Origin: Vulcanimicrobiota bacterium
GTDB lineage: Bacteria > Vulcanimicrobiota > Vulcanimicrobiia > Eremiobacterales > Eremiobacteraceae
NCBI GenBank assembly: GCA_963805945.1
Contig: CAWDVP010000008.1
Coordinates: forward strand, 7,319 to 71,318
Direction of reading: 5' to 3'
DNA: 64,000 bases
The notes under the pieces: model-generated
What the model saw: only the letters and a program-made list of their open reading frames with translations
Databases searched by the model: none
What the model was told of the DNA's origin: nothing
Shown here: one piece after another, positions 37,164 to 46,659 of the stretch
Layout of the letters: the number at the start of each line of letters is the position of its first letter
Numbering within the stretch: position 1 is the stretch's first letter
Program-made: the position numbers and the translations under genes

Positions 37164-40100
37164 CTAGATCTTGTGGAAGCCCAGCAGGCGGCGCAGCACG
37201 CCCGTGAAGGTGAGCAGGGCGAAGGGTATGAGCAGCCATCCGGCCGCACGCAGCAGGCCGGCGGACGAGGCGGCGGTGACGGGCGAACCCGGGATGCCGC
37301 ACCCGGAGACGCGCCACGACGTGAGCAGCGCAGGATCGAGCGACGCGTAGGTCGCGATGCCGAGCGCCGCGGCGTCGTCGAGCGGCGCGCGCTCGTCGCA
37401 CGCAGCCGTTGTAGCGGTCGAATTTATTCGACCGTCCGCCGGCACCGCTGAGCCCGGCACGAATGCGAAGATGAGGAACGCGATAAGCACCGGCGCGAGC
37501 AGCCACGCGAGCATGCGCCACGGCCGCACGCCGTAGCCCGGGATCGCGCGCAGCACGCGGTCGCCCAGCAAGCGCAACAGATCCGCCCAGCAGGCCGCGG
37601 TCCACGGCGGATTGCGGAACGGCCGGATCGCGTCTCCCTCGAGTTCGCGTCGCATGTAGAACGCGTCGGCCGCCATGCGGGCCTGCGCGCGCGGCGAGTG
37701 CGCGGGACCGCGCTGTCCTTTGTCGACGGCGCGCGCCGGGAACACCGCATCGTCGCTCGGCGCTTGCGACGCGGACTGCAGCACGACGAAATGACCGCCG
37801 CGCAGGTCGAGGGTGAGGCCATGGTCGCTCGAACGCGCCGGCGCCGGCGCGGGCGTGAGTTCGCCGTTGCCGCGCGCAGGCCGCCCCGAGACTGCTTGCG
37901 CGCGCACGCTCTTCGCCGCGGCGCGCTCGCCGATGCGCAGGCCGCGGAAATGCATCCAGCGCAGATCGAGCGGCGCCTCGAACGTCGCATCGGAGAACAC
38001 CGCGTCGCGGCCGACGCGGCTGCCGACAAAACGGGTCTCGGCGGCGAAACTCGCGCGCTCGCACAGCAGGTCTGAGGTCACGTCCGCACCATCGAAGATC
38101 GCTCGGCGGGCGAACGCTGCGCCGCTGCAATCGAGCTGTCCGCCGATGTGTGCGGCGTCGAAGCGCGCGTCGCCGCCGAAGCGAGCACCCGAGCACAGCA
38201 TGTCCGACTGCACGCTTGCGCCTTCGAAGTCGGCCGGCCCATCGAAGCGCGTCGTGCGCAGCTGCAGCCCCTCGCCGAACGTCGCACCTGAGAATTCCGC
38301 GCGCGCGGCGAACGTGGCATCGTCGAAGCTCGAGTCTTTGCCTGCGCTGATCCTGTGGAACAGGGTGTCGCCGCCGAACGTCGCGCCACTCGCGTCGACG
38401 CCGCCGGCGATGCCGACGTCGTTGCAACGCACTTCGCCCTGCAGTCGTGCCGCCCGCATGCCGAGCGCTCCCCGCACCTCTGCGCCGTCGAACAACGCGG
38501 CGCGCGCGAAGACCGCCTTATCGAAGGACGCGCTGCCGCCGATACGAGCGCCGCGGAAATCTGCATCCGCATCAAATGCGGCAGCGCCGCATTCCAACGA
38601 GCCGCCGGTCTGCACGGCGCCGAACTGCGCCGCGCCGGTGAAATGGGATCCCGTCAGGGTGGCGCCGGCGCCGATGCGCGCCGCGCCGAAATTGGCCTCA
38701 CGGGCGAAAGTGGCGCTCGTGCCTGCGACGCCGCCACCGACGACGAGCGAGCGGAACGTCGCGGGGCCATCGAAGCGAGCGCCATCGATCTTCAGATCGC
38801 CGCCGACCTTGGCGTGCGCAAAGGTCGCGTCCTCGCAGAAATGCGCTTTGCTGGCGAGCAGCGCGCCCTTGCAGGAAAGGCTCGCGAAGCGCGCCGCGCG
38901 CGCGAGGGTCGCGCCGCTCAGGTCCACGTCGCCGCCGCTCTCGGCGGCGCTCAGATCGATCTCGCCGCGGCACTCGACGTTGGCAGCGGCGATCGCGCCG
39001 GCGCGCAGGCTCGGCATCGCGGTGGCGCCCGCGAAAACCGTCCAGGCGAAGCACGCCCGCCCGTCCACGCGGACGTTCGGCAGAGTCAGCTGCGGCGGCG
39101 AAGGTCGCGCGCGTGCAGTCGAGCGAGCCCAGGCGCGCGTTGGCAAAGGTGACAGGACCATGGAACGCCGCGTGCGTGAAGTCGGCTTCGCCGGCGACGC
39201 GCAATTCGCTCAGGTCGGCGCCGCGGTCGAACGAGGCGGACTCGCACGACAGCGCGCCGCCGACGTCGCAGCCGCGCAGATCCGCGCCTCGCCTTGAATT
39301 TCGCGTCCTCGAGGTTCAGGTCCGCGCCGACGCCCATGCCCGCGAAACTCACGTCGCGCTCGAACACCGATTGCAGGCACAGCACGTTGCGCGCCATCGC
39401 GCGCCTCTTTGAGCGACACGGTCGCGGCGAACACGATGTTCGACAGCGTGAGCTGCGCCAGCTGGGCGCCTTCGAACGCCACCTCGCCGCCAAAGGACGC
39501 GCCGGTGGCGATGACCGCCTCCGTGACGCGGATCGACGGGAACAGCGCGCGTCGCCGGAAGTGCGACTCCGAAAGATCGAGCTGGCCGCCGATCTGCGCG
39601 CGCTCGAGCCGCACGTCGCCGTCGAAGGCCGCGCGCTTGAGGCTCGCATGCCGCACGACCGAGAGGTCGATGAGGGCGACGTCGCCGGCGACGAGCGCGC
39701 CCTCGAGGATGAGGTCGCCGCCGATCTGCAGTTCTTGGCACTCGAACGGTCCATGGATCTTCAGCGCGTCGCCCGTGAGCGAGCCGCCGATCCTGGCGCC
39801 TTTGGCGCGCAGCGCGTCCGTCGACGTCGGCGTCATGCAGGCTCAGTGCGCCGCCGATCGCGACACCCGCGAGATCGAGTTCGCCGCTGAACTTCACGCC
39901 CGCGAAACTGACGTCGCCTTCGCCGCGCATGCCGGCGAGGATCACGCGGCCGCCGAACGCCGTGCCGTCGAAGCGGACCGCCTGCAAGAAGCGCGCATCG
40001 CCGAGTGAGATGCCCGCGGCGCGCGAATTGGTGATTGCGAACGAAGCCGGCACGTAGCGTCCGCTCAAGTCGAGGTCGCCCGCGATCACCGCGTTGTCGA

Positions 40101-40242
40101 TGTCGACCGCAAGGCCGAGGCGGACCGCCTCGAGGATCCAGTCGGCGCGGACGACGCGCGCGGCTTCGCCGGCCTCGCCAGGAAGATGCAGCGGCGTGCC
40201 GGCGAGCAGCGCCTGGAGGTTGCTATCGCCGACGACGTCCAT
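37164..40242 (-). CDS. giant pentapeptide-repeat protein (~1025 aa) with C-terminal two-TM membrane domain; four frame breaks (~39820, ~39405, ~39290, ~39095)
   Basis: A(D/N)LxG-type repeats in ~20-aa super-repeats run through ORFs 39349-40245, 39210-39836, 39086-39754, 38698-39204 and 37164-39161. The C-terminus has GYGVRPWRMLAWLLAPVLIAFLIFAF and LLRAAGWLLIPFALLTFTGVL. ATG 40242 overlaps the ribH stop (TGATG). Confidence 0.8.
37410..37434. repeat. single REP-like hairpin (subfamily B) inside the pentapeptide-protein coding sequence
   Basis: TGTAGCGGTCGAA-TTTA-TTCGACCG on the plus strand, read on the minus strand in frame as DGRINSTAT between the two TM segments. Confidence 0.8.
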
Positions 40243-40745
40243 CAATCGAACTTCCTACGCAGTTGTGCCATCGCGACGGCGCTGCACGCCGCATCGTAGC
40301 CCTTATTGGATGTAGCGGTCGAATTTATTCGACCGGGCGGACGGTCGACTGAAGTCGACCGCTCCATATGCTCCGCGGCATTTCCGCCGTCTGCGGCCGA
40401 GCGCTCGCGCGCCTGCTGCTCGTTCTCGGTGGTGAGCACGCCGAAGATGACCGGGATGCCGGTTTTCAGCGCGACGTCCGCGATGCCCCGCGCCGCTTCG
40501 CCCGCGACGTATTCGAAGTGAGGCGTGTCACCGCGGATGACGCAGCCCAGGCACACCACGGCGTTGTACGTCTTGGTCTGCGCCGCCCACAGCGCGGCGA
40601 CCGGCAGCTCGAACGCGCCGGGCACCTCGAAGACGTCGACGAGGTCCGCCTCGATCTTCGCCTCGGCGAAGCCGCGGCGCGCGCCGTCGAGCAGCGCCTG
40701 CGTGATCGGCCCGTTGAAACGGCTGCGGATGACTGCGAAACGCAC
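40242..40745 (-). CDS. ribH: 6,7-dimethyl-8-ribityllumazine synthase carrying a ~24-aa in-frame repeat-derived insertion
   Basis: RFNGPIT, VPGAFELP, LGCVIRGDTPHFEYV and GVLTTENEQQARERS..GGN-[AAEHMERSTSVDRPPGRINSTATSN]-KGYDAACSAVAM. One continuous ORF. Confidence 0.9.
   Translation of the reverse strand: MRFAVIRSRFNGPITQALLDGARRGFAEAKIEADLVDVFEVPGAFELPVAALWAAQTKTYNAVVCLGCVIRGDTPHFEYVAGEAARGIADVALKTGIPVIFGVLTTENEQQARERSAADGGNAAEHMERSTSVDRPPGRINSTATSNKGYDAACSAVAMAQLRRKFD
40311..40366. repeat. REPIN-like doublet (subfamily B) inside ribH
   Basis: TGTAGCGGTCGAA-TTTA-TTCGACCG, then GGC, then GGACGGTCGAC-TGAA-GTCGACCGCTCCA. Terminal inverted repeats are TG(T/G)AGCGGTCGA. Confidence 0.85.
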
Positions 40746-40754
40746 CGAGGCGCT

Positions 40755-41963
40755 CTACTGGCCCGTCTTCTCGAAGAGGTGGCCGAGCTTCTCTTTCTTC
40801 ACGCGCAGATAGTCGGCGTTGTACTCGTCGCCGTCCACGATGAGCGGCACTCTGCCGGTCATCTTCAACCCGTAGCCCTCGAGCCCGACGATCTTGCGCG
40901 GATTGTTGGTGATGATCTTCATCTCGCGCACGCCCAGGTCGTGGAGGATCTGCGAACCGGTGCCGTACTCGCGATTGTCGACGGGCAAGCCGAGCCGCTG
41001 ATTGGCCTCGACCGTGTCGGCGCCTTCGTCCTGCAGCTCGTAGGCGCGCAATTTGTTGGCGAGCCCGATGCCGCGCCCTTCTTGATGCAGGTAGAGGAAC
41101 ACGCCGCGCCCGTTGCGCGCGATGATGTGCAGCGCGGCGTCGCGCTGCGCGGCGCAGTCGCAGCGCTTGCTGCCGAGCGCGTCGCCGGTGAGGCATTCGG
41201 AGTGCACGCGCACGGGAACGTCGCGGCCGTCGCCGATCTCGCCCATGACGAGCGCCACGTGGCACGCGTGGTCGACGAGCGACTCGTAGCCGTAGCCGGT
41301 GAAATCGCCGAAGCGCGTCGGCATCTTGAAGGTGGCGATGCGCTTCACGAGCTTCTCGTGGCGCATGCGATAGGCGATGAGGTCGGTGACGGTGATGAGC
41401 TTCATGCCGTGCTCCGCGGCGAACAGCTCGAGCCGCGGGCGGCGCATCATCTTGCCGTCGTCGTCGAGGATCTCGCAGATGACGCCGGCCGGATACAGGC
41501 CCGCGAGCTGAGCGAGATCGACGCCCGCTTCGGTCTGTCCGGCGCGCACGAGCACGCCGCCTTCGCGCGCGCGCAGCGGGAACGTGTGCCCGGGGCAGAC
41601 GAAGTCGCTCGGCTTCGAGCGCGGATCGAGCAGCGCGGCGATGGTCGACGCGCGATCGTGCGCCGAGATGCCGGTGGTCGTCCGGCCTTTAGCCTCGACC
41701 GACACGGTGAACGCCGTCTCGAGCGGCGAGGTGTTCTCGCGCACCATCATCGGGATGTGCAGCTCGTCGAGCCGGCGTCCGATGATCGGCACGCAGATCA
41801 GCCCGCGACCGTGCTTCGTCATGAAGTTGATCGCCTCGGGCGTCACCATCTGCGCCGCCATGGTGAGGTCGCCTTCGTTCTCGCGATCCTCATCGTCCAT
41901 GACGACGATCATCTTGCCGGCGCGGATGTCGGCGATGGCTTCTTCTATTGTGGCAAGCGGCAT
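40755..41963 (-). CDS. ribBA: bifunctional 3,4-dihydroxy-2-butanone-4-phosphate synthase / GTP cyclohydrolase II
   Basis: DDEDRENEGDL and GHTFPL (RibB half). HSECLTGDALGSKRCDC and EGRGIGL (RibA half). ATG 41963 lies within ORF 40755-42464. Confidence 0.94.
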   Translation of the reverse strand: MPLATIEEAIADIRAGKMIVVMDDEDRENEGDLTMAAQMVTPEAINFMTKHGRGLICVPIIGRRLDELHIPMMVRENTSPLETAFTVSVEAKGRTTTGISAHDRASTIAALLDPRSKPSDFVCPGHTFPLRAREGGVLVRAGQTEAGVDLAQLAGLYPAGVICEILDDDGKMMRRPRLELFAAEHGMKLITVTDLIAYRMRHEKLVKRIATFKMPTRFGDFTGYGYESLVDHACHVALVMGEIGDGRDVPVRVHSECLTGDALGSKRCDCAAQRDAALHIIARNGRGVFLYLHQEGRGIGLANKLRAYELQDEGADTVEANQRLGLPVDNREYGTGSQILHDLGVREMKIITNNPRKIVGLEGYGLKMTGRVPLIVDGDEYNADYLRVKKEKLGHLFEKTGQ

Positions 41964-42544
41964 AAGGCCTCGACGTAGCGTGCGACCGGATCGATCTCGA
42001 GGTTGAGGGTCGCGCCTGCGGCTTTGCTGCCGAACGTCGTCCGCGCCAGCGTCTCCGGTATCAACGCGACGGCGAACGCGGCGTTGTCCGCGTCCACGGC
42101 GGCGACCGTCAGACTGACGCCGTCGAGCGCGACATACCCCTTCTCTACGATCATCGGAGCTATCTTCGACGGGATTGAGCACCACACCCTGAAGCCTTGT
42201 CCTTCGGGGGTTTTCGCGCGTATGACGCTGGTCGCATCGACGTGCCCGTAGACGAGATGCCCGCCCATCGGATCGCCGAGGCGCAGGCTCGGCTCGAGAT
42301 TCACGTCGTCGCCCATAGCCAGCGTGCCGAGATCGCTGCGCGCGAGCGTCTCGGGGATGACGTCGAACGCCATCGTATCGCCGGCGATGCCGGCGACCGT
42401 CAGACAGACGCCGTTGACGTTGACGCTCGCGCCGGGCTTCTCGCCGCGCGCGAGCGCCGCGCACTCGATGACGAGCCGTTTGCCGCCGCCCGCCGCGGCG
42501 ATCTCCGCGACGCGGCCCGAGTTGGTGATGAGACCGGTGAAGAT
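41945..42544 (-). CDS. ribE: riboflavin synthase alpha chain; apparent ATC at the expected start position
   Basis: IFTGLITNSG..VNVNGVCLTV..GGHLVYGHVD..VALDGVSLTV (two lumazine-binding repeats). GGAGG lies 7 nt upstream of ATC 42544. There is no in-frame ATG/GTG/TTG at the N-terminus. Confidence 0.85.
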   Translation of the reverse strand: MFTGLITNSGRVAEIAAAGGGKRLVIECAALARGEKPGASVNVNGVCLTVAGIAGDTMAFDVIPETLARSDLGTLAMGDDVNLEPSLRLGDPMGGHLVYGHVDATSVIRAKTPEGQGFRVWCSIPSKIAPMIVEKGYVALDGVSLTVAAVDADNAAFAVALIPETLARTTFGSKAAGATLNLEIDPVARYVEALCRLPQ

Positions 42545-42566
42545 GTGCGTGCCTCCGGATCCGCGC

Positions 42567-43636
42567 TCACGAGCACATCGCGGCCGAGCCGCCGCACCGC
42601 CTCGACGCGAGCGCGCGCGGCGAGCGGGCTCGCGACTCCGGCGACTGAACCGCCGCTCGGCGCGCCGAGCGTGATGGGAGCGATGATCCAATGGATGCGG
42701 TCGACGCAGCGCGCGGCGAGCAACGCGCGCGCAAGTGCCGGACCTCCTTCGCATAACACGCTGAGGCATCCTTGGCGCCCGAGCCGCGCGAGCATATCGC
42801 GCACGTCGACGCGCCCGCTCGGCGTGCTGCTTGCACTGCATGACGGACACGCCGCGAGCCTCGAGCGCCGCGCGCGTCGCGCGCGGCATCGCGTTCGTCG
42901 TCGCCACGATGGTCTGCGCCGCGCGATGATCGCGGACGAGCTTTGAATCGAGAGGGATGCGGCCGCGCGAGTCCACCACGATGCGCTGATACGGGACTGC
43001 GCGTTTGTGCGCGGGCCGCACCGTGAGCAGCGGGTCGTCCACGATGGCGGTCTCGACGCCGATCATGACGGCATCGTGCTCGATGCGCTGCGTGCGCGTG
43101 AAGCGCGCCGCCTGCGCGCCGCTGATGCTGCGTGCGTTCGCCGCGCCGGCGCGCGACGAATCCATCGAGCGATTGCGCGAGCTTAAGGGTCACGTATGGG
43201 ATGCCAGTGAGGCGTTGCTTGCGGTACATGCGATTCTGTTCTTGCGCTTCGCGGCGCCGTCGCCCAGCTCGACGACGAGGCCGGCTCCGCGCAGCGCTGC
43301 GACGCCGGCGCCGCGCACATGCTTGTCCGGATCCTCGATTGCGATGACCGCACGCGCGATGCCGACGCGCGCGATCGCGGCGACGCATGGCGGCGTACGA
43401 CCGCGATGCGCGCATGGCTCGAGGGTGACGTAGATGGTCGCACCGCGCGCGCGCGCGCCTGCTTGGCGCAGAGCGACGATCTCGGCGTGCGGCGCGCCGG
43501 CGCGCTGGTGATAGCCGGAGCCGACAACCCGCCCGTCGGCGACGATCACCGCGCCGACGAGCGGATTAGGACTTGTGTCGCCGGTCGCGCGCGCCGCGAG
43601 GGCAAGTGCTCGGCGCATGAAGCGCGACGTCGCCAT
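42567..43636 (-). CDS. ribD: bifunctional riboflavin biosynthesis deaminase/reductase; at least three frame breaks (~43250, ~43165, ~42830), 3' end uncertain
   Basis: NPLVGAVIV and HAEIVAL..VTLEPCAHRGRTPPC (ORF 43190-43657). PYVTLKLAQSLDG (ORF 42567-43415). DAVMIGVETAIVDDPLLTVR (ORF 41945-43165). LCEGGPALA (ORF 42400-42804). A TGA at 42567-42569 would end the gene if one more indel is assumed. Confidence 0.8.
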
Positions 43637-43658
43637 GAACGCCCGTTTTCTGCGCAAC

Positions 43659-43744
43659 TGTAGGTGCCGACCTTTGGTGTAGGGGCCGACCTTTAGGTCG
43701 GCCCAGAAAAAATCGAAGGGTCGATCTGAAGATCGACCCCTACA
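43659..43744. repeat. truncated half-REP plus complete REPIN-like doublet in the ribD leader
   Basis: TGTAGGTGCCGACCTTTGG (43659-43677), TGTAGGGGCCGACC-TTTA-GGTCGGCCC (43678-43704), 13-nt spacer, GGGTCGATC-TGAA-GATCGACCCCTACA (43718-43744). Confidence 0.9.
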
Positions 43745-43750
43745 GACGCG

Positions 43751-44383
43751 CTACAAACGCGCGGCGAGGCATGCTGCAGCGACCGATACCACACCGAGGC
43801 GCCGTAGGACGAGCGCGCACGCCCGTAGCGTCGCGCCGGTTGTCACGACATCGTCGACCAGGATGACGTCACGGCCTGCCAAGTGCAGCGCATCAACACC
43901 AGGCGCGAATGCGCCGGCGACATTCGCGTCGCGCGCGCCGAGGTCAAGTGAACTCTGCCGCTCGGTTGCGCGCGCGCGGCGCAGCGCGTCGCCAAGGGCG
44001 GGCGGCGAACCGAGCGCAGCCGCCAGCGCGCGCGCGATCACCTCGGCTTGATTGTAGCCACGAGAGCGCAAGCGCGCTGCGTGGAGCGGCACCGGCACGA
44101 GGATGCCTTCGACAGGCATCATGCGTCTGGCAAGAGCCTCGGCAAGCCGCGCGCCGACGGCACGCCTGCCCGCGTACTTGAAGGCGAGAATAGCGCTGCG
44201 CAGCATCCCTTCGTATGCGCCAAGCGCGGTGACCCGCTCGAGCCCGTCGATATCGCGCCGCACGATGGGCGTGCGCACGCCGATGGCGCAAACGCATGCG
44301 TCGCACACGTCCGCTCCGAACTCCGCGCATCCGGCGCAACGTCGCGGCGCGAGCACGTCGGCAAGACCTGTAGCATCTGCCAT
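43751..44383 (-). CDS. comFC: ComF-family phosphoribosyltransferase-like protein
   Basis: N-terminal Cys cluster (CAGCAEFGADVCDACV), LVPVPLHAARLRSRGYNQ and the PRTase motif VILVDDVVTTGATL. Confidence 0.8.
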   Translation of the reverse strand: MADATGLADVLAPRRCAGCAEFGADVCDACVCAIGVRTPIVRRDIDGLERVTALGAYEGMLRSAILAFKYAGRRAVGARLAEALARRMMPVEGILVPVPLHAARLRSRGYNQAEVIARALAAALGSPPALGDALRRARATERQSSLDLGARDANVAGAFAPGVDALHLAGRDVILVDDVVTTGATLRACALVLRRLGVVSVAAACLAARL

Positions 44384-44415
44384 CCGTCACGCTTGCGAGC
44401 AGTGCCGACAAGCGC

Positions 44416-44469
44416 GGGTCGATCTGAAGATCGACCCCTACATACGAAGCGGTCGTTAGATCGACTACA
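44416..44469. repeat. single REP-like hairpin plus degenerate copy
   Basis: GGGTCGATC-TGAA-GATCGACCCCTACA (44416-44442) followed by a weak GCGGTCG-TTAGA-TCGACTACA (44449-44469). Confidence 0.75.
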
Positions 44470-44579
44470 TCGAGGCTGGTGGGGGGAGGGCGCAGTGGCG
44501 GCGCGACGAACCTTGTGCTCCTTCGGCACGCGGCGCGGTTCCAGTGCGCTGTGGCTGTCGCTCGAAAGAGGGGACCTGC

Positions 44580-45762
44580 ATGGGCCTGACGCGACGTGAT
44601 TTCCTCAAAGCCGGGCTCGCTGCCGGCGGGCTGGGCTTGCTGCCGCAGACGCTGCCGTCGCGCGCCGCGGCGAAAGATGCCCTGAAGATCGGCGTCATCT
44701 TGCCGTCATCAGGCGTCTATGCGGAGCTCGGTGACCAGATCGGCAAAGGCATGCGCCTCTACTTCGACGAGGTGCACAACAAGGCGGGCGGCCGCGAGAT
44801 CGTGGTCATCAACGAGAACGAATCGAGCGATCCGAGCGTCGCCGTCACCAAGGCGACCAAGTTATCCAGTCCGACAAGGTCGACCTGCTCGCCGGCATCG
44901 TCGCGACCCCTGCCGCGTACGCCATCCGCGATCTCGTCACCGATCGCAGGTCCCGCTCATCATCGCGAACGCAGGCGGCAACGCGTTGACGCGCGCGCGC
45001 AAGAGCCCGTACATCTTCCGCACGAGCTTCAGCGCCTGGCAGTTCGCCAATCCGCTCGGCACGTGGACCGCCAACCATCTCAACAAGCAGGTCTTCGTCA
45101 TCGCCGCCGATTACGCGTACGGCCGCGAGAGCGCGCAAGGATTCAAAGACGCGTTCGTCGCCGCCGGCGGCAAGGTCACGGATGAGGTCTACCCGCCATT
45201 GGGCAGCCCCGACTTCACCCCGTACATCGCCAAGATCGCATCGGCCAAGCCCGACGTGCTCTTCGGCTTCCTGGCGGGCAGCGACGCCACCATCTTCTTA
45301 CGCCAGTTCCAGCAGTTCGGACTTTCGAAATCGATCAAGCTCGCGGTGATCGGCGACATGGTCGAGGAGAACACGCTGTCGGCCGTCGGCGACGCGGCGC
45401 TCGGGGCGCATAGCACGTTGCACTGGGCGCTGCTGCTCAAGAACCCGGAGAACGACCGCTTCGTGCAAGACTACTCGATCCGCTACGGCGGCGATCCGAG
45501 CGTCTATTCGATGCGCGGCTTCGACACCGCGCACACCATCGTCGACGCGGTCAACCGGCTCGACGGCGACACCTCCAACAAGAAAAACGTCATCGCGGCG
45601 TTCGAGGCGGTGCGCTTCAATAGTCCGCGCGGCCCGTTCGAATTCGACCCGGTCACGCACAACGTCATCCAGGACATCTACCTGCGCGAGGTGATCCTCA
45701 CCGGCACGGGCGTGCACAACAAGGTGGTCGCCGACCTCGGGCGCATCCGCGACCCAGGCTAA
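44580..45762 (+). CDS. ABC transporter substrate-binding protein, branched-chain amino-acid (LivJ/LivK) family, Tat-type signal; two frame breaks (~44862, ~44948)
   Basis: AGAGGGG SD then ATG 44580. MGLTRRDFLKAGLAAGGLGLL, LKIGVILPSSGVYA, then IQSDKVDLLAGIV in a third frame, then VPLIIANAGGNALT..VIAADYAYGRE.. (ORF 44719-45762). Confidence 0.85.
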
Positions 45763-45798
45763 AGGCGGCGCGGCGGCCGACGGCGCACTACAATAGCC

Positions 45799-46659
45799 GT
45801 GCCGCCACAGCTCCTCGCGATACAAGGGCTCAACAGCGTGGCATTCGCCATGCTGTTGTTCTTGTTGGCCGCCGGCTTCTCGCTCATCTACGGCGTCGGG
45901 CGCATCGCGAACCTCGCGCACGGCACGTTCTACATGCTGGGCGCGTACGTCGGCTACACGGTGGCGCAGCGGACGGGGAACTTCTGGCTGGCGCTCCTCG
46001 TCGCGCCGCTGTTAGGCGCCGCGCTCGGCTGGCTGGTGGAGCGCACGCTCCTGCGACGGCTGCACGGCCGAGAGCTCGACCAAGTGCTGCTCACCGTCGG
46101 ACTCGCCTTCATCCTCGCCGATGTCATCCGCGCGATCTGGGGCGCCGACATCCGATCCTCGCCGACCCCGCCCGGCCTGAGCACGCTCGTGCCGATCTTC
46201 GGCCTGCAGTATCCGGCCTACCAGCTCTTCGTCATCGGCGTCGGCGTCGGCGTCTTCATCGGACTGCAGCTGGCGCTGCGCAGCGCGTGGGGCGCTCGGC
46301 TGCGGGCGGTGGCGACCGATCCCGAGATCGCCGCCTCGCTCGGGGTGAGCGCAGGCGCGATCGCATCGATCACATTCGCCGCCGCGGTCGCGCTCGCTGC
46401 GTTCGGCGGAGCAGTGGGTGGACCGATCATCGCGCTCGCGCCGGGGCTGGATCTCACGATGATGCTGCTCGCGCTCATCGTCGTCGTCGTCGGCGGTCTC
46501 GGCAGCGTCGCGGGAGCGATGCTCGGCGCGATCATCGTCGCGCTCGTCGACGGTTTCGGCCGGGTGCTGTTCCCGGAGTACGCGACGTTCCTCATCTTCG
46601 CGCTCATGGTGATCGTGCTGGGGTTCCGTCCGCAAGGGCTGCTCGGCAGACGTGGCTAG
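45799..46659 (+). CDS. livH: branched-chain amino-acid ABC transporter permease
   Basis: 286-aa polytopic membrane protein with LivH-type motifs (FSLIYGVGRIANLAHGTFYMLGAY). Confidence 0.88.
   Translation: MPPQLLAIQGLNSVAFAMLLFLLAAGFSLIYGVGRIANLAHGTFYMLGAYVGYTVAQRTGNFWLALLVAPLLGAALGWLVERTLLRRLHGRELDQVLLTVGLAFILADVIRAIWGADIRSSPTPPGLSTLVPIFGLQYPAYQLFVIGVGVGVFIGLQLALRSAWGARLRAVATDPEIAASLGVSAGAIASITFAAAVALAAFGGAVGGPIIALAPGLDLTMMLLALIVVVVGGLGSVAGAMLGAIIVALVDGFGRVLFPEYATFLIFALMVIVLGFRPQGLLGRRG

Noticed and set aside
43659-43744. Mini CRISPR-like array (repeated ~27-nt units with short spacers)
   Set aside because: The units are inverted relative to each other and are themselves palindromes. There are only 2.5 copies, the spacers are 13-14 nt, and no cas genes are present. 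This fits REP/REPIN elements, not CRISPR.
44470-44579. Structured leader or riboswitch upstream of the Liv-type transporter
   Set aside because: It contains a few GC hairpins (for example GTGC-TCCTTCG-GCAC) but no motif I can assign. The evidence is insufficient to call a feature.
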